Below, one piece after another: positions 8,659 to 18,600 of a DNA stretch of 64,000 nt; the first letter of the stretch is position 1, and each line of letters opens with the position of its first letter. The position numbers and the translations under genes are program-made. The stretch is from an uncultured Acidimicrobiales bacterium (GTDB taxonomy: Bacteria > Actinomycetota > Acidimicrobiia > Acidimicrobiales > SHLQ01), in assembly GCA_964451305.1 (NCBI GenBank), contig CAYVHV010000006.1:10820-74819 (forward strand), given 5' to 3'. The notes below the pieces were generated by a model. The model did no database searches. It was not told the DNA's origin and saw nothing but the letters and a program-made list of their open reading frames with translations.

Positions 8659-11172
8659 ATGACCACGCCACCGCCTGAGTCTCCGAGCCCGCCACCGCCT
8701 GAGCCTTCACCGACAGAGGCCACACCATGGGGATCAGCGATCGCCGCGAATGCTGCGGCGAACTCGCCGTCGGCGCCACCCCCTGCGTCGTCGCCTCCAG
8801 CACCGCCCGCATTTGGTGCGAGTGCACCCACCTATCCGAGTGCTGAAGCCCCCTTTGGAGGAGGCGACTCCGGCGGCTCATCGAAGCTTCCCTGGGTGCT
8901 CGCAGCGTTGACCGCCGTCGTGCTTCTCGGTGGCGGAGTATTCTTCGCCCTATCCGCATTCGGTGCGTCCGGTGGCGCTTCGTCTCCTGACGAAGGTATC
9001 GAGGCCGTCCTCGGAGCGGTCGGAGACGAAGACTTCGTCACCCTTGCCGAATTGATGGAACCGGCCGAACGACGCACGCTTGCCGAGCCGGCTATCACCG
9101 ACGTTCTTCCCGAGCTCGTCCGCCTCGGGCTGCTCGACGATTCCGTCGATGCGGGAGATATCGAAGGGGTCGACCTCGTATTTACCGACGTCGAGTATCG
9201 AGTGGAACGCCTCGTCGGGGTCGATGACATCGCACATGTCTTTCTCACCGGTGGCGAGTTCGCGTCGAACGTGAACGGTGCCTTGCTGCCCTTCACCGAC
9301 GAGATCGATACCGCTGATCTCGATCAACAGGACCGCCAGACAATCACCGAGTCAGATACGCCGATCGTGTTTGTTGAACGCGATGGCGACTGGTTCTTCT
9401 CGCTGTGGTTCACCATCGCGGAAAACGCGCGCATCGCGGCCGACGAACGGCTCCCTAGCCCCGGTGAGTCACCGGCGCAGATCCCGAGCGACTCGCCAGA
9501 GGCGGCGATCGAAGGCATGTTCAACTCGATGACCGAGTTCGATCTCACCTCGTTCGTTGGCCACATGGACCCAGAGGAGATGGCGGTGCTTTACCGCTAC
9601 TCGCCGCTCTTCCTCGACGATGCACAAGCGATGCTCGACGACTCACGAGGGGATCTTCGTGACGAAGGCATCACGTGGGAGATGTCCAACTTTGATTTCG
9701 ACGTCGATCAGTCCGGCGATGACGCTGTCGTAGCCATGCGTGGATTCACTCTCGACGTCGCTACCGATGGCTTCGAGATCTCTGCGAACTATGCACCTGA
9801 CGCACTGACCGGCGAGCTGGAATTCGACGGCGTCACGGCAAGCTTCGACGGAACGACAACCGATGTCTCGATCGACGGTCAGATCGATGGTTCAGCCTTC
9901 GAAGTGATCATCGGGATCGAACCAACTGAGAACCGAGTAGCAGGAACCTTGGGGATTGAAGGAGACTCCTTCGAGGGCGAGATAGCGCTCGATCCGTCTG
10001 GCGACTGCTCTCGTTATGAGATCACCGGAACCGACGGCACGAACGAATCCGGTTGCCTCGAAGAGGACCTTGGAATCGATGGTTTCGGTCCGATCCTCGT
10101 GGCGATGGAAGACTGGCCTGACGATTTTCCTGGCGTCTCGATGCGAGCCCGTCAGGTCGACGGCGGATGGTTTGTCTCTCCGGTCGGTTCGATCCTCGGA
10201 GGTATCGTCACGGGCCTCGAAGGTCTCGAAGAAGGCAACTTCGATGACGTCTTCAACCCGTTCGCCAGTGTTATTGGTGACGCCTTGGCTGATCCGTTCG
10301 GAGTGGTCGAGGATGGCACCGACTTCATCGACCCGGGTAGCGCTGACTTTCTCGACGACGATGTATTTGATGACGACGTGTTCGACGACGACGTGATCGG
10401 CAGCTTTGCGGATCCGGTCCTTGAAGATGCGAGTTTCATCATGGTGTCCGATGGTGAATCGGTCGAATTCCTCGGCGCGATCGAGCCGAACGGATTCGAT
10501 AGCTACGAGATTGAACTCGACGCAGGTTCTGAGCTCGCGGTCACCGCCCTCGCTACCGACGGGATCCTCGACACCACGCTTCGAGTCGCCGATCGCGACG
10601 GAAGTCAACTCGCGTTCAACGATGACGCCGGAATCACCGCCGAGCTGCCGAACCAATTCGACAGCCAGCTGGTCTTCACCGCCCCCGACGATGGCTTCTA
10701 CCAGATCGAAGTCGCGGGATTCAACGCTTCGACAGCGGGAGAGTACACCCTCATCGTCGATCGCAGCGGCGCTGGAATTGCCGGCGGCCAGCTCGAGGAC
10801 GAACTTGGAGCTCCCAACGATGACATTGTCACGGGAGCCGCAATCGACATCGCTGTCGCGAGCGGCGAGACGCTCGTTGTCAACGGCGTGGTCGAAGGCC
10901 CAACCCCATACAACATCGATCTCGAGTTAGGCGATGAGTTGGTGATCACGGTCGAGTCCGATGACGTCGACGAACTCGACCCCATCGTTTCGCTGATGTT
11001 GGACGGGTTCCAGATCGGTCGAAACGATGATGCCCTCGACGCAAGTGCTGTCGCGGACTCATTCGATAGTCAGCTCATCATCAACTCCGCAGGTACGGCG
11101 ACACACGTGATTCTCGTCGAGGGCTTCGGTGGAACCAGCGGCGCCTTCACGATGACCATCGAGCGGAACTGA
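8659..11172 (+). CDS. single-pass membrane protein: Pro-rich cytoplasmic tail, acidic ectodomain, two C-terminal PPC (pre-peptidase C-terminal)-like domains
   Basis: Pro-rich N-terminus (PPPESPSPPPPEPSP), a TM helix (LPWVLAALTAVVLLGGGVFFAL), and two modules of the type YEIELDAGSELAVTA...DTTLRV...NDDAG...DSQLVFTAPDDGFYQIEV.GF...GEYTLIVDR. Confidence 0.7.
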   Translation: MTTPPPESPSPPPPEPSPTEATPWGSAIAANAAANSPSAPPPASSPPAPPAFGASAPTYPSAEAPFGGGDSGGSSKLPWVLAALTAVVLLGGGVFFALSAFGASGGASSPDEGIEAVLGAVGDEDFVTLAELMEPAERRTLAEPAITDVLPELVRLGLLDDSVDAGDIEGVDLVFTDVEYRVERLVGVDDIAHVFLTGGEFASNVNGALLPFTDEIDTADLDQQDRQTITESDTPIVFVERDGDWFFSLWFTIAENARIAADERLPSPGESPAQIPSDSPEAAIEGMFNSMTEFDLTSFVGHMDPEEMAVLYRYSPLFLDDAQAMLDDSRGDLRDEGITWEMSNFDFDVDQSGDDAVVAMRGFTLDVATDGFEISANYAPDALTGELEFDGVTASFDGTTTDVSIDGQIDGSAFEVIIGIEPTENRVAGTLGIEGDSFEGEIALDPSGDCSRYEITGTDGTNESGCLEEDLGIDGFGPILVAMEDWPDDFPGVSMRARQVDGGWFVSPVGSILGGIVTGLEGLEEGNFDDVFNPFASVIGDALADPFGVVEDGTDFIDPGSADFLDDDVFDDDVFDDDVIGSFADPVLEDASFIMVSDGESVEFLGAIEPNGFDSYEIELDAGSELAVTALATDGILDTTLRVADRDGSQLAFNDDAGITAELPNQFDSQLVFTAPDDGFYQIEVAGFNASTAGEYTLIVDRSGAGIAGGQLEDELGAPNDDIVTGAAIDIAVASGETLVVNGVVEGPTPYNIDLELGDELVITVESDDVDELDPIVSLMLDGFQIGRNDDALDASAVADSFDSQLIINSAGTATHVILVEGFGGTSGAFTMTIERN
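10354..10396 (+). repeat. short in-frame tandem repeat encoding (DDDVF)x3
   Basis: gacgacgatgtattt / gatgacgacgtgttc / gacgacgacgtgatc, read directly from the sequence. Confidence 0.8.
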
Positions 11173-11281
11173 TCATTCGCACAAGTCGGTCGGGTGGAAT
11201 TAACTGATGGTTCGAAGGATGGACTTCTGATCTACCCGCGATACCATGACTAGTCGTTCTGCCCTGTGCAGTTCGTTATTG

Positions 11282-11357
11282 GCCCCCATCGTCCAGCGGC
11301 CTAGGACGCCTGCCTTTCACGCAGGTAACACGGGTTCGAATCCCGTTGGGGGTGCCA
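11282..11357 (+). tRNA. tRNA-Glu (anticodon TTC), CCA encoded
   Basis: Cloverleaf folded by eye. Acceptor GCCCCCA/TGGGGGT, anticodon stem CCTGC/GCAGG with loop CTTTCAC, T-arm ACGGG-TTCGAAT-CCCGT, then G-CCA. Confidence 0.9.
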
Positions 11358-11614
11358 TTTACGTCGGGCATGAAGCGCCTTCCACAGGCGATTCATTCGC
11401 TCTTTTGCCCCTTCGGCACACGATCTGATCGACGCTGGCCGCAGAGGTCGCGTCCGTTGTCTGATGTGCTGGTCGGCCTTCCTTGTCGCTGGCAGCACAA
11501 CAACCTCGATGTGCTGAATTTTGGGCATTTTGCCTTACATACTAAGAATTTCGATAATCGTGTCGATGGCTCTCTCAATACTCAGCGGCGGGACCGTTCG
11601 AGAAGAGGTAAAAC

Positions 11615-14600
11615 ATGTTCGATTCCGTCGCACCTGCGCGCAAAAGGGCTCCGTGGCTTAAACGCCTCGTGGGTCTACCTGTTTTGGTCGTCGCCCTCTT
11701 CGGGACACTGCTCGTGCCGACCGCGGCGGGTGCTCAGCAACAAAACGAGATCGTGTTGACCGTCGACTTCGACGGCACCGCAGCGTTCTCAGCTTCTGAT
11801 CCGCTCGATAATGGTGCTGGACTCCACACTCCAGGCCGTGACTTGAACGCAAACAACAGTGTTGTTCGCACATACGATCAGATCCAATACCGGATCGATT
11901 GGAACGTCAACGAAGTCGATGGCACGACGACCACGGTCAGCATGGTCCTTCCTGAGGGTATGGAATGGCTTGCCGATGCAACGACCGCTTCAGGTGTCCC
12001 TTCCGGATGTCTCGATGATGGCTCGTCATCGATCACCGGCCTAAACGGTCGTGAGCTGATCTGTAACACCGACGCCGAACACGAAGGTTCGAACGGTGCG
12101 ATCCACCCACGTGCATTCGTGAACGGTTTCCCCGACGGAACCCCACTTAACGTGACTGCTTCGGTTGAGACCGATCAACTTCCTCCGGTCGTTTCGAACC
12201 AGATCACCACGATCGTTTCCGCTGCTCCCGGAGGCGACTGGGTCAAGGGCGAACCAGAGCTCGACGCAGACTCTGGCGAAGTCATTCGCTACGAGCCGAA
12301 CGAAACGTACTTTGACATTCCTGGTGGCGCTTCGGGAGAACTCGGCCGCCTCTTCGTTTGGAACCTCCGTCTTGAGCCTTCAGGTGGCTTGAAGGGTTCT
12401 GAGCCGCTCGTCGATGCAATGCCACTCGAGTTCTGGGATCACTTCTTCGATTCGGTTCCCGGCACCGAGCTTGCAACCCCTGCTCAGATGTTGGCCGCAA
12501 CAGGACTGCCCCGCGTCCCTTGTGGTGGTTATGACGGCGACGGCTCGTACCCATTCGGTATCACTGCCGGCGTGCCATCGACGACGCCTGCAGCACAGAC
12601 CAACATTGGTGAGATTGCGTGTACCGACCTTGGCAACTCGGCTGGCTACCCGCAGGTCAAGTTCGACATCACCGGACACGACACCGCAAACATCGCGGCT
12701 TCAAACGCAGACGGCTCTGGAAACTCGACGACGTTGATCTCGGCTCAGGTAGCTTTCTGGGCTCCGGAGTCCGAGTTGAGCGTTCCAGGCACGGAGATTC
12801 GAAACGCGATCACCGGTTCGGCTGCAGTCGTTCCGCTAACCGCATCTGATGTCGATCCGATCTTGGTGCACGGAACTAACGGACCGGTCCCAGAGTTCTC
12901 AGAGAATGCGAATGGCCTCGCCGGTCTGTCGAACAATTCGCCATACCCTCTCATACCGCGAGTCACCGGCCAACCCGGCCGCTCGGTCCGCCACAACGTC
13001 CGCTACCAGAACGGTCCCTACAGCGAAGTGCAGTGGGACACCGCCCTCGGCGATACGTGGCGAACATATGACCGACGAGAGCTGTTCAATGGTGGGACCG
13101 GTCGTGTTGTCAACAACGGCAGCAACGGCGTCGACGAGAATACCCCACGTTGGGATGGCGATGGCCAAACCCCTCGCGGCAACATCTTGACGGTCGTGAA
13201 CACGCTCAACACGCTCACGTCGCGAGACAACGGCTCAGAGTTCTTCAGCCCGATCCACAGTTGTGTTGCGGTCGATACGACGCACCAGGAAGTTATTGGT
13301 ATGCCCGCTAGCTTCCCGATCAGCCTTCGCGAGCCAAACCTGGCGCAGAACTCTGCGCAGCAGTCAATCTTCACGAACAGCCCGACGACCGGCGGCCTTA
13401 CCGGAACACCCGCAACGCCGATTGCTCAGGTGCTCACTAGCGTCACCGGCAACTCCCAGGTCAACTACTCGGGTATCTCAGGGCCTGCTGTGAACGTTGC
13501 CGATGCCGAACTTGATTGGGTCCTTGAAGTTGCTGAACTCACCGATCCAGGAAATGCCGTAGGTCTCCATACAGTGACCTGTAACGGTGACGAAGGAACG
13601 TGGGTCGATGCCACTGATGCGGTCGCCTTGGCCGGTCTTGAGACCGGCACCCTTGCCGACGGCACTCCGGTCTACGGCAACGTAACGCACTTCCGTCTTC
13701 GCACCGCCGGCGACGTTGCGTGGAACTCCGACTTCTTCGCAGCCAACGGAACGACGTCATACGGCGCAAGCGCGCTGCTGAACTTCCAGGTTCGTGTCAA
13801 GGACAACCCAACTGTTCAGACTGCCGAACAGGAGCTGTTCATCTACGCAGGTCGCGCCACGGGAGACTGGGACGGTAGTGGTCAACCCACGACAGCTAAC
13901 TGCACAAACGCCTCGAGGTTCACCGGTGGAACGAACACCGCAATTCCTGCTGGTTGGTGCAACCTCTCGTTCACCGATGATGGTGTCGATACCCTCGACG
14001 CGCAGAACGGTGACCTCAAGGATGACTTTGATACTTCCGCCGGTGAGCAGTTCGGTGCCCTTGGCACCCTGTCGGCTCACGCTGATGTTGTCTACATTAT
14101 CGAGCCTGCGCTGGCGATTTCGAAGATAAACACCGATGGGCCTGGCGACATTGTTGCGAATGGTCAGCTTGTTGAGTTCGAGATTAACCCTCGTGTTGTT
14201 GGCTCGTCGTTGGACACGATCAACAATGTGAGGGTGACCGATGCGTTGCCAGCGAACATGGTGTTTGCTGGGTTTACGTCGCAGCCTGCGGGCTCGCCGT
14301 GTGCTCATGCTGGTGGTGTGATTACGTGCTCGTACGGTGATCAGGCCGGCGGTTGGGGTTCACTTGGTGAGGGCCGATTCAGCTTCAACGTCACGATCGT
14401 TGACGCTGGCCCGAACGCAACCCTGACCAACATCGCAACCATTAGCGGTGAGGATTCTCAGAATCCTGGCCTGGCAGTTACCCCTGCGTCTTCTCGGGCA
14501 CAGGCCTTTACCGGCGCTCCGTTTGAAGAGTCCGGCATCGAAAAGACAGTCGACCCGCACATCACCGATTGTTTCGAAGCTCCCGGCACGATTCATGATC

Positions 14601-17600
14601 CGGGCGATTGCACAGTGATCGCAACCGACGGAGGCATGATCTTCACGCTCGACATCGAGAACGAAGGCAACGTCGACCTCACGAACTACCGAGTCGTCGA
14701 TGTGTTGCCATACAACGGTGACGCCACCGAAGCGCCATCAGCTCCACACCCATTTACTGGTGTGGCTCTGACCGGTGATGGCCGGACACCGCCGTCGTCA
14801 TTCTCTGGCGATCTCAATTTTGTCAACGCTGTTGCGCCCGCCGGCTCGACGGTGCTGTACTCCGCTGACGCTCCGGGCACGATCAGCCGTGACCCATCTG
14901 TAGCCGAGGCCGGCGGAACAACGTGGTGTGACGCCCCTGCCGCTGGAACGGCCGTTGCGGCGGGCTTGGGTGCAACTGCGGGAACTGGTGCTTGCCCAGC
15001 GTCCGCTGACGATGTCACTGCAATCCACATCGATCTTGGCACCCTTGACCGAGGCGCAACCGAGTTCATCGAAATCCAGCTCACGACCGTTGGAGCCGAA
15101 TGTGGCGATATTTGGACCAACAACTTCGGTGCACGCACCTTTGGTCTGCTTCTTCCAATCCGATCAAATGACGTATCGGTCATGTCAGGGTTCTGCGAAC
15201 CATCGATCGACATCGAAAAGGCGACGAACGGTCTCGACTCTGACACACCATCTGGTGCGCAGATCGTCGCTGGTGATCCAGTGACCTGGACGTACGTTGT
15301 CACGAACGACGGCGATGTTGCCCTCGCAAACGCCACAGTTGTTGACGTGCCAGCACCAGCTGGCGGCATCCTCTGTGACGTTGCTGGTGATGGAAGCTTC
15401 ACGGGAACGAACGTAATTCCACTGCTCCTTCCCGGTGAATCCGTGACCTGTGAAGCAACAGGAATTGCGACCGGTGGGCCGTTTGCGAACAACGCTTCGG
15501 TGGTGGGCGAGCCAGTCCTTCCGGACTTCTCGGACCCCGCTGTTGATCCCGCAGATCCATCGACATGGCCAACCGATCCAACGGCGTTTGCTGCGCCGAT
15601 CGATCCAGTCACCGGTGCTCCAGCACTCGACGATGTCGACGATGAAGATCCATCGCACTACACCGGCATCGTGCTCGAACCAGGAATCGATATCGAGAAG
15701 GACACCAATGGTGCCCAGTCCGATACCGCTCCTGGTGAGCTGTTGGTCGCCGGCGAAGCAGTGACGTGGACCTACGAGGTCACCAACACGGGTAACGCGG
15801 CGCTGCTCGACGCCGAAGTTGCCGACGTTGATTCGACTGGCGCTTCAGTTCCCGTCGTCTGTGACATCGATGGCGACGGCACGTTCGACGGAACGAACGT
15901 TATTCCGCTGCTGCTCCCAAGCGAGACGGTGACATGTCAGTCGACGGGAACGGCCCAGCCTGGTCCGTACTCGAACAACGCGACAGTGACCGGCACGACG
16001 GCATTGTCGAACGAGGCATGTGTGTGCGATCCGACCGATCCAACCACGTGGCCAACCGACCTGGCAGCGTTCTCTGCCTACGTCGACCCAGTGTCGGGCG
16101 AGACCCTTCCAGTGAGCGACGAGGATCCATCGAACTACACCGGCGTCGAACCAGGAATCGACATCGAGAAGGCCACCAACGGTGTCGACTCCGATGTCCT
16201 GCCTGGCCAGCCGGTCGCAGCTGGCTCGCTAGTGACCTGGACGTACGAGGTCGCGAACACCGGCGGCACGGCGTTGCTCGATGCAACAGTGTCCGATGTG
16301 CCAGCACCTGTTGGTGGCATCAGCTGCGATGTCGATGGCGATGGCGTACTCGATGGTACGAACGTGATTCCGTTCCTCGCAGTTGGCGCAAGTGTCACGT
16401 GTGAAGCGACCGGACTGGCACAACCCGGACCGTTCACGAACAACGCATCGGTATCGGGAACCCCAGCGTTGCCGGACTTCTCAAATCCAGCTGTTGACCC
16501 CGCAGATCCATCGACGTGGCCAACCGACCCAGCGCTGTTCAGTGTGCCGATCGATCCAGCCACAGGTGTTCCATTTACGGTCGCCGATGAGGATCCATCG
16601 AACTACACCGGGTTTACCCCGGACCCCGGCATCGATATCGAGAAGGACACCAACGGTGAGCAGTCCGATGAGGCCCCTGGTGAAGAGATTGCCTTTGGCG
16701 AGGCGGTCACCTGGACCTATGTCGTGACCAACACCGGCGGAACTGCTTTGGCGAACGCGACGGTTACAGACAACACCGGAGTCATCGTCGACTGTGACGT
16801 CGATGGTGATGGTGTGCTCGATGGAACCAACGTGATCCCGTTCCTCGCATTCGGCGCAAGCGTCACGTGTGAAGGAACCGGAACCGCTCAGGTCGGTCCA
16901 TACGAGAACATCGGTGACGTCACGGGTGACCCAATCACCCCCGACTTTGCGACCTGCGGTTGCGATCCAGAAGATCCAACCACCTGGCCAGCAGATGCTT
17001 CTGGTTATGTCGCAGCGGTCGACGACTCGGGCGCCCCATTGGGCCCAGTCACCGATGCCGATGCTTCGCACTACACCGGAACCGCAACCTTCGACCTTGC
17101 ATTGGAGAAGACGATTGCTGATGGCCAAGACACAGCGAACCTGGCCATTGGTGACGACGTCACCTACACCATCGAAGTGTTCAACCAGGGCACCGTCGAT
17201 GCAACGGACATCACCGTTATCGATTACACGCCGGCCGCTCTCGAGGTCAACGATCCCGACTGGACCGTCGACGCTGATGGCAACGCAACGATCGATCTCA
17301 CCGGTGTCACCGTGGCCCCAGGTGAATCAACATCGGTCGACATCACCATGACGATCCTCACCGCAGGAGATATCAACAACACCGCAGAGATCACCGGGTC
17401 AACACCGATCGATGCGTTCGGTGCGCCAATACTCGGTGCCGACGGAAACGTCCTCGCCGATGTTGATTCTGTCTCTGACGCACTCGACACCGACGTGCTT
17501 TCCGATGGAATCATCGATGGCGCCGACGGTGATGAGGACGATCACGATGTGGCGTCGATCAACGTGACTGCGCCAGTCACGTCGACGCCACCGACGCTTG

Positions 17601-17713
17601 CGTTCACCGGCGTCGAGTCGTATCAGCTATTCCTCCTTGCGCTTCTCGCACTTGGAGCAGGCATGGCCGCACTGGTTGCACGCAATGGCATGGTCGCTCG
17701 CAAAGAGGACTGA
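11615..17713 (+). CDS. 2032-aa cell-wall-anchored surface protein with DUF11/Ig-like repeat domains and an LAFTG sorting signal
   Basis: Signal-peptide-like N-terminus (RLVGLPVLVVALFGTLLVPTAAGAQQ). DUF11-type modules (for example LEKTIADGQD...VTYTIEVFNQGTVDATDITVIDY). Four tandem ~158-aa modules. The C-terminus is LAFTG, then a hydrophobic helix, then an RK-rich tail. Confidence 0.9.
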   Translation: MFDSVAPARKRAPWLKRLVGLPVLVVALFGTLLVPTAAGAQQQNEIVLTVDFDGTAAFSASDPLDNGAGLHTPGRDLNANNSVVRTYDQIQYRIDWNVNEVDGTTTTVSMVLPEGMEWLADATTASGVPSGCLDDGSSSITGLNGRELICNTDAEHEGSNGAIHPRAFVNGFPDGTPLNVTASVETDQLPPVVSNQITTIVSAAPGGDWVKGEPELDADSGEVIRYEPNETYFDIPGGASGELGRLFVWNLRLEPSGGLKGSEPLVDAMPLEFWDHFFDSVPGTELATPAQMLAATGLPRVPCGGYDGDGSYPFGITAGVPSTTPAAQTNIGEIACTDLGNSAGYPQVKFDITGHDTANIAASNADGSGNSTTLISAQVAFWAPESELSVPGTEIRNAITGSAAVVPLTASDVDPILVHGTNGPVPEFSENANGLAGLSNNSPYPLIPRVTGQPGRSVRHNVRYQNGPYSEVQWDTALGDTWRTYDRRELFNGGTGRVVNNGSNGVDENTPRWDGDGQTPRGNILTVVNTLNTLTSRDNGSEFFSPIHSCVAVDTTHQEVIGMPASFPISLREPNLAQNSAQQSIFTNSPTTGGLTGTPATPIAQVLTSVTGNSQVNYSGISGPAVNVADAELDWVLEVAELTDPGNAVGLHTVTCNGDEGTWVDATDAVALAGLETGTLADGTPVYGNVTHFRLRTAGDVAWNSDFFAANGTTSYGASALLNFQVRVKDNPTVQTAEQELFIYAGRATGDWDGSGQPTTANCTNASRFTGGTNTAIPAGWCNLSFTDDGVDTLDAQNGDLKDDFDTSAGEQFGALGTLSAHADVVYIIEPALAISKINTDGPGDIVANGQLVEFEINPRVVGSSLDTINNVRVTDALPANMVFAGFTSQPAGSPCAHAGGVITCSYGDQAGGWGSLGEGRFSFNVTIVDAGPNATLTNIATISGEDSQNPGLAVTPASSRAQAFTGAPFEESGIEKTVDPHITDCFEAPGTIHDPGDCTVIATDGGMIFTLDIENEGNVDLTNYRVVDVLPYNGDATEAPSAPHPFTGVALTGDGRTPPSSFSGDLNFVNAVAPAGSTVLYSADAPGTISRDPSVAEAGGTTWCDAPAAGTAVAAGLGATAGTGACPASADDVTAIHIDLGTLDRGATEFIEIQLTTVGAECGDIWTNNFGARTFGLLLPIRSNDVSVMSGFCEPSIDIEKATNGLDSDTPSGAQIVAGDPVTWTYVVTNDGDVALANATVVDVPAPAGGILCDVAGDGSFTGTNVIPLLLPGESVTCEATGIATGGPFANNASVVGEPVLPDFSDPAVDPADPSTWPTDPTAFAAPIDPVTGAPALDDVDDEDPSHYTGIVLEPGIDIEKDTNGAQSDTAPGELLVAGEAVTWTYEVTNTGNAALLDAEVADVDSTGASVPVVCDIDGDGTFDGTNVIPLLLPSETVTCQSTGTAQPGPYSNNATVTGTTALSNEACVCDPTDPTTWPTDLAAFSAYVDPVSGETLPVSDEDPSNYTGVEPGIDIEKATNGVDSDVLPGQPVAAGSLVTWTYEVANTGGTALLDATVSDVPAPVGGISCDVDGDGVLDGTNVIPFLAVGASVTCEATGLAQPGPFTNNASVSGTPALPDFSNPAVDPADPSTWPTDPALFSVPIDPATGVPFTVADEDPSNYTGFTPDPGIDIEKDTNGEQSDEAPGEEIAFGEAVTWTYVVTNTGGTALANATVTDNTGVIVDCDVDGDGVLDGTNVIPFLAFGASVTCEGTGTAQVGPYENIGDVTGDPITPDFATCGCDPEDPTTWPADASGYVAAVDDSGAPLGPVTDADASHYTGTATFDLALEKTIADGQDTANLAIGDDVTYTIEVFNQGTVDATDITVIDYTPAALEVNDPDWTVDADGNATIDLTGVTVAPGESTSVDITMTILTAGDINNTAEITGSTPIDAFGAPILGADGNVLADVDSVSDALDTDVLSDGIIDGADGDEDDHDVASINVTAPVTSTPPTLAFTGVESYQLFLLALLALGAGMAALVARNGMVARKED
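15197..17080 (+). repeat. four tandem ~474-nt coding modules (starts 15197, 15677, 16148, 16622) in an alternating A-B-A-B pattern
   Basis: Each module starts (E/D)P(S/G)IDIEK(A/D)TNG and ends DEDPS(H/N)YTG. Modules 1 and 3 share PDFS.PAVDPADPSTWPTDP. Modules 2 and 4 share C.CDP.DPTTWP. Confidence 0.85.
17597..17710 (+). other. sortase sorting signal (LAFTG, hydrophobic span, ARNGMVARKED tail)
   Basis: LAFTG is encoded at 17597-17611, followed by VESYQLFLLALLALGAGMAALVA and a basic tail. Confidence 0.8.
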
Positions 17714-17750
17714 CCGAGGCGTTCGCAATAACGTTGCGCAGTAACGGACG

Positions 17751-17791
17751 ACAGGTCGGATCCCACAGGGGTCCGGCCTGTGTTCGCGTTT
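17751..17791 (+). terminator. candidate intrinsic terminator of the surface-protein gene
   Basis: 13-bp stem (acaggtcggatcc / gggtccggcctgt, two G-U pairs that form only in the plus-strand RNA), a 5-nt loop, and a downstream T-run (gcgtttt). Confidence 0.5.
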
Positions 17792-18264
17792 TAGAGCGCG
17801 CCCATTCGAGCTGACGTCAGCTCTTCTAACACGTGCGAGAGGACCTGATAGATGACCTTGGCTTGAGCGTCGGGATCGCTCTCGTCGATCGGGTCTTCTG
17901 CCTCGCCGACGTCGAGACGGGTACCGAGGACGAGACGGCACTGGTTGATCGTGTTCATCCAGTGGTCGGCTGTCTCGATGCTGATCGACTCGTTTTCGAG
18001 CGTCGCTTGGACCTTGTCGATGCCATCGAGCCGAGCCATCAACAACTGGTCGTGAACCATGTCGCGATAGCCCGCCTCGAGTTCTTCGTCGTCGGGGTAC
18101 GCCGTTGGATAGAGCCGCTTGACCTCGTCAACCTCGTCGAGCAGGAGCAATTCACGGAGCTCCTCGGTGACGTGGCGCACCAACTCGCGCAGTGTGTCGT
18201 CGAGTCGAACGGTGATCTCTTCGCCTTGCAGCTTGAACATGCGCCTAAACATCGGGTGAGCCAT
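17791..18264 (-). CDS. DUF2017-like protein (ClpS-associated)
   Basis: Acidic helical protein ([25 protein letters not shown]...[15 protein letters not shown]) directly downstream of clpS. The start is ambiguous (Met codons at 18264, 18252 and 18240). The longer track ORF overlaps clpS heavily. Confidence 0.65.
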   Translation of the reverse strand: MAHPMFRRMFKLQGEEITVRLDDTLRELVRHVTEELRELLLLDEVDEVKRLYPTAYPDDEELEAGYRDMVHDQLLMARLDGIDKVQATLENESISIETADHWMNTINQCRLVLGTRLDVGEAEDPIDESDPDAQAKVIYQVLSHVLEELTSARMGAL

Positions 18265-18583
18265 CTTTTTGCATCGTTGCCCACAGGCCATGCTCATGAA
18301 GCCGAGCAACGTCGGCCTCTGCCTTTTCTTTGGGCCCACTCGACACAACCGCCCGACCCTTGTGGTGCACGTCGAGCATCAGCTCCGTCGCTTTTTCTTT
18401 GCTGAAGCCGAACAGCTTTTGGAGAACGAACGTTACGTACGACATCAGGTTGATCGGGTCGTTCCACACCAACACGACCCACGGCATGTCGGGTCGAACC
18501 TCGACATGGATATCGACATCTGGTTCGGCTACTTCTAAGGGGGAGGTCATCATTGGTGCATTCATGGCGCTCGCAGAAGTCAT
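18245..18583 (-). CDS. clpS: ATP-dependent Clp protease adaptor ClpS
   Basis: [47 protein letters not shown] matches the ClpS core. Confidence 0.9.
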   Translation of the reverse strand: MTSASAMNAPMMTSPLEVAEPDVDIHVEVRPDMPWVVLVWNDPINLMSYVTFVLQKLFGFSKEKATELMLDVHHKGRAVVSSGPKEKAEADVARLHEHGLWATMQKDGSPDV

Positions 18584-18600
18584 AGCGGTAAGCCCGTACG

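Noticed and set aside
11173-11614. tRNA-Glu as an integration site for a genomic island carrying the giant surface-protein gene.
   Set aside because: I found no integrase and no visible direct repeat of the tRNA 3' end downstream (I checked around 17714-17790). The only supporting feature is the AT-richer promoter region.
15197-17080. Regularly spaced repeats that could superficially suggest a CRISPR-like array.
   Set aside because: The period is about 474 nt, the repeats are in frame and protein-coding, and there is no short repeat/spacer structure. No cas genes are present.
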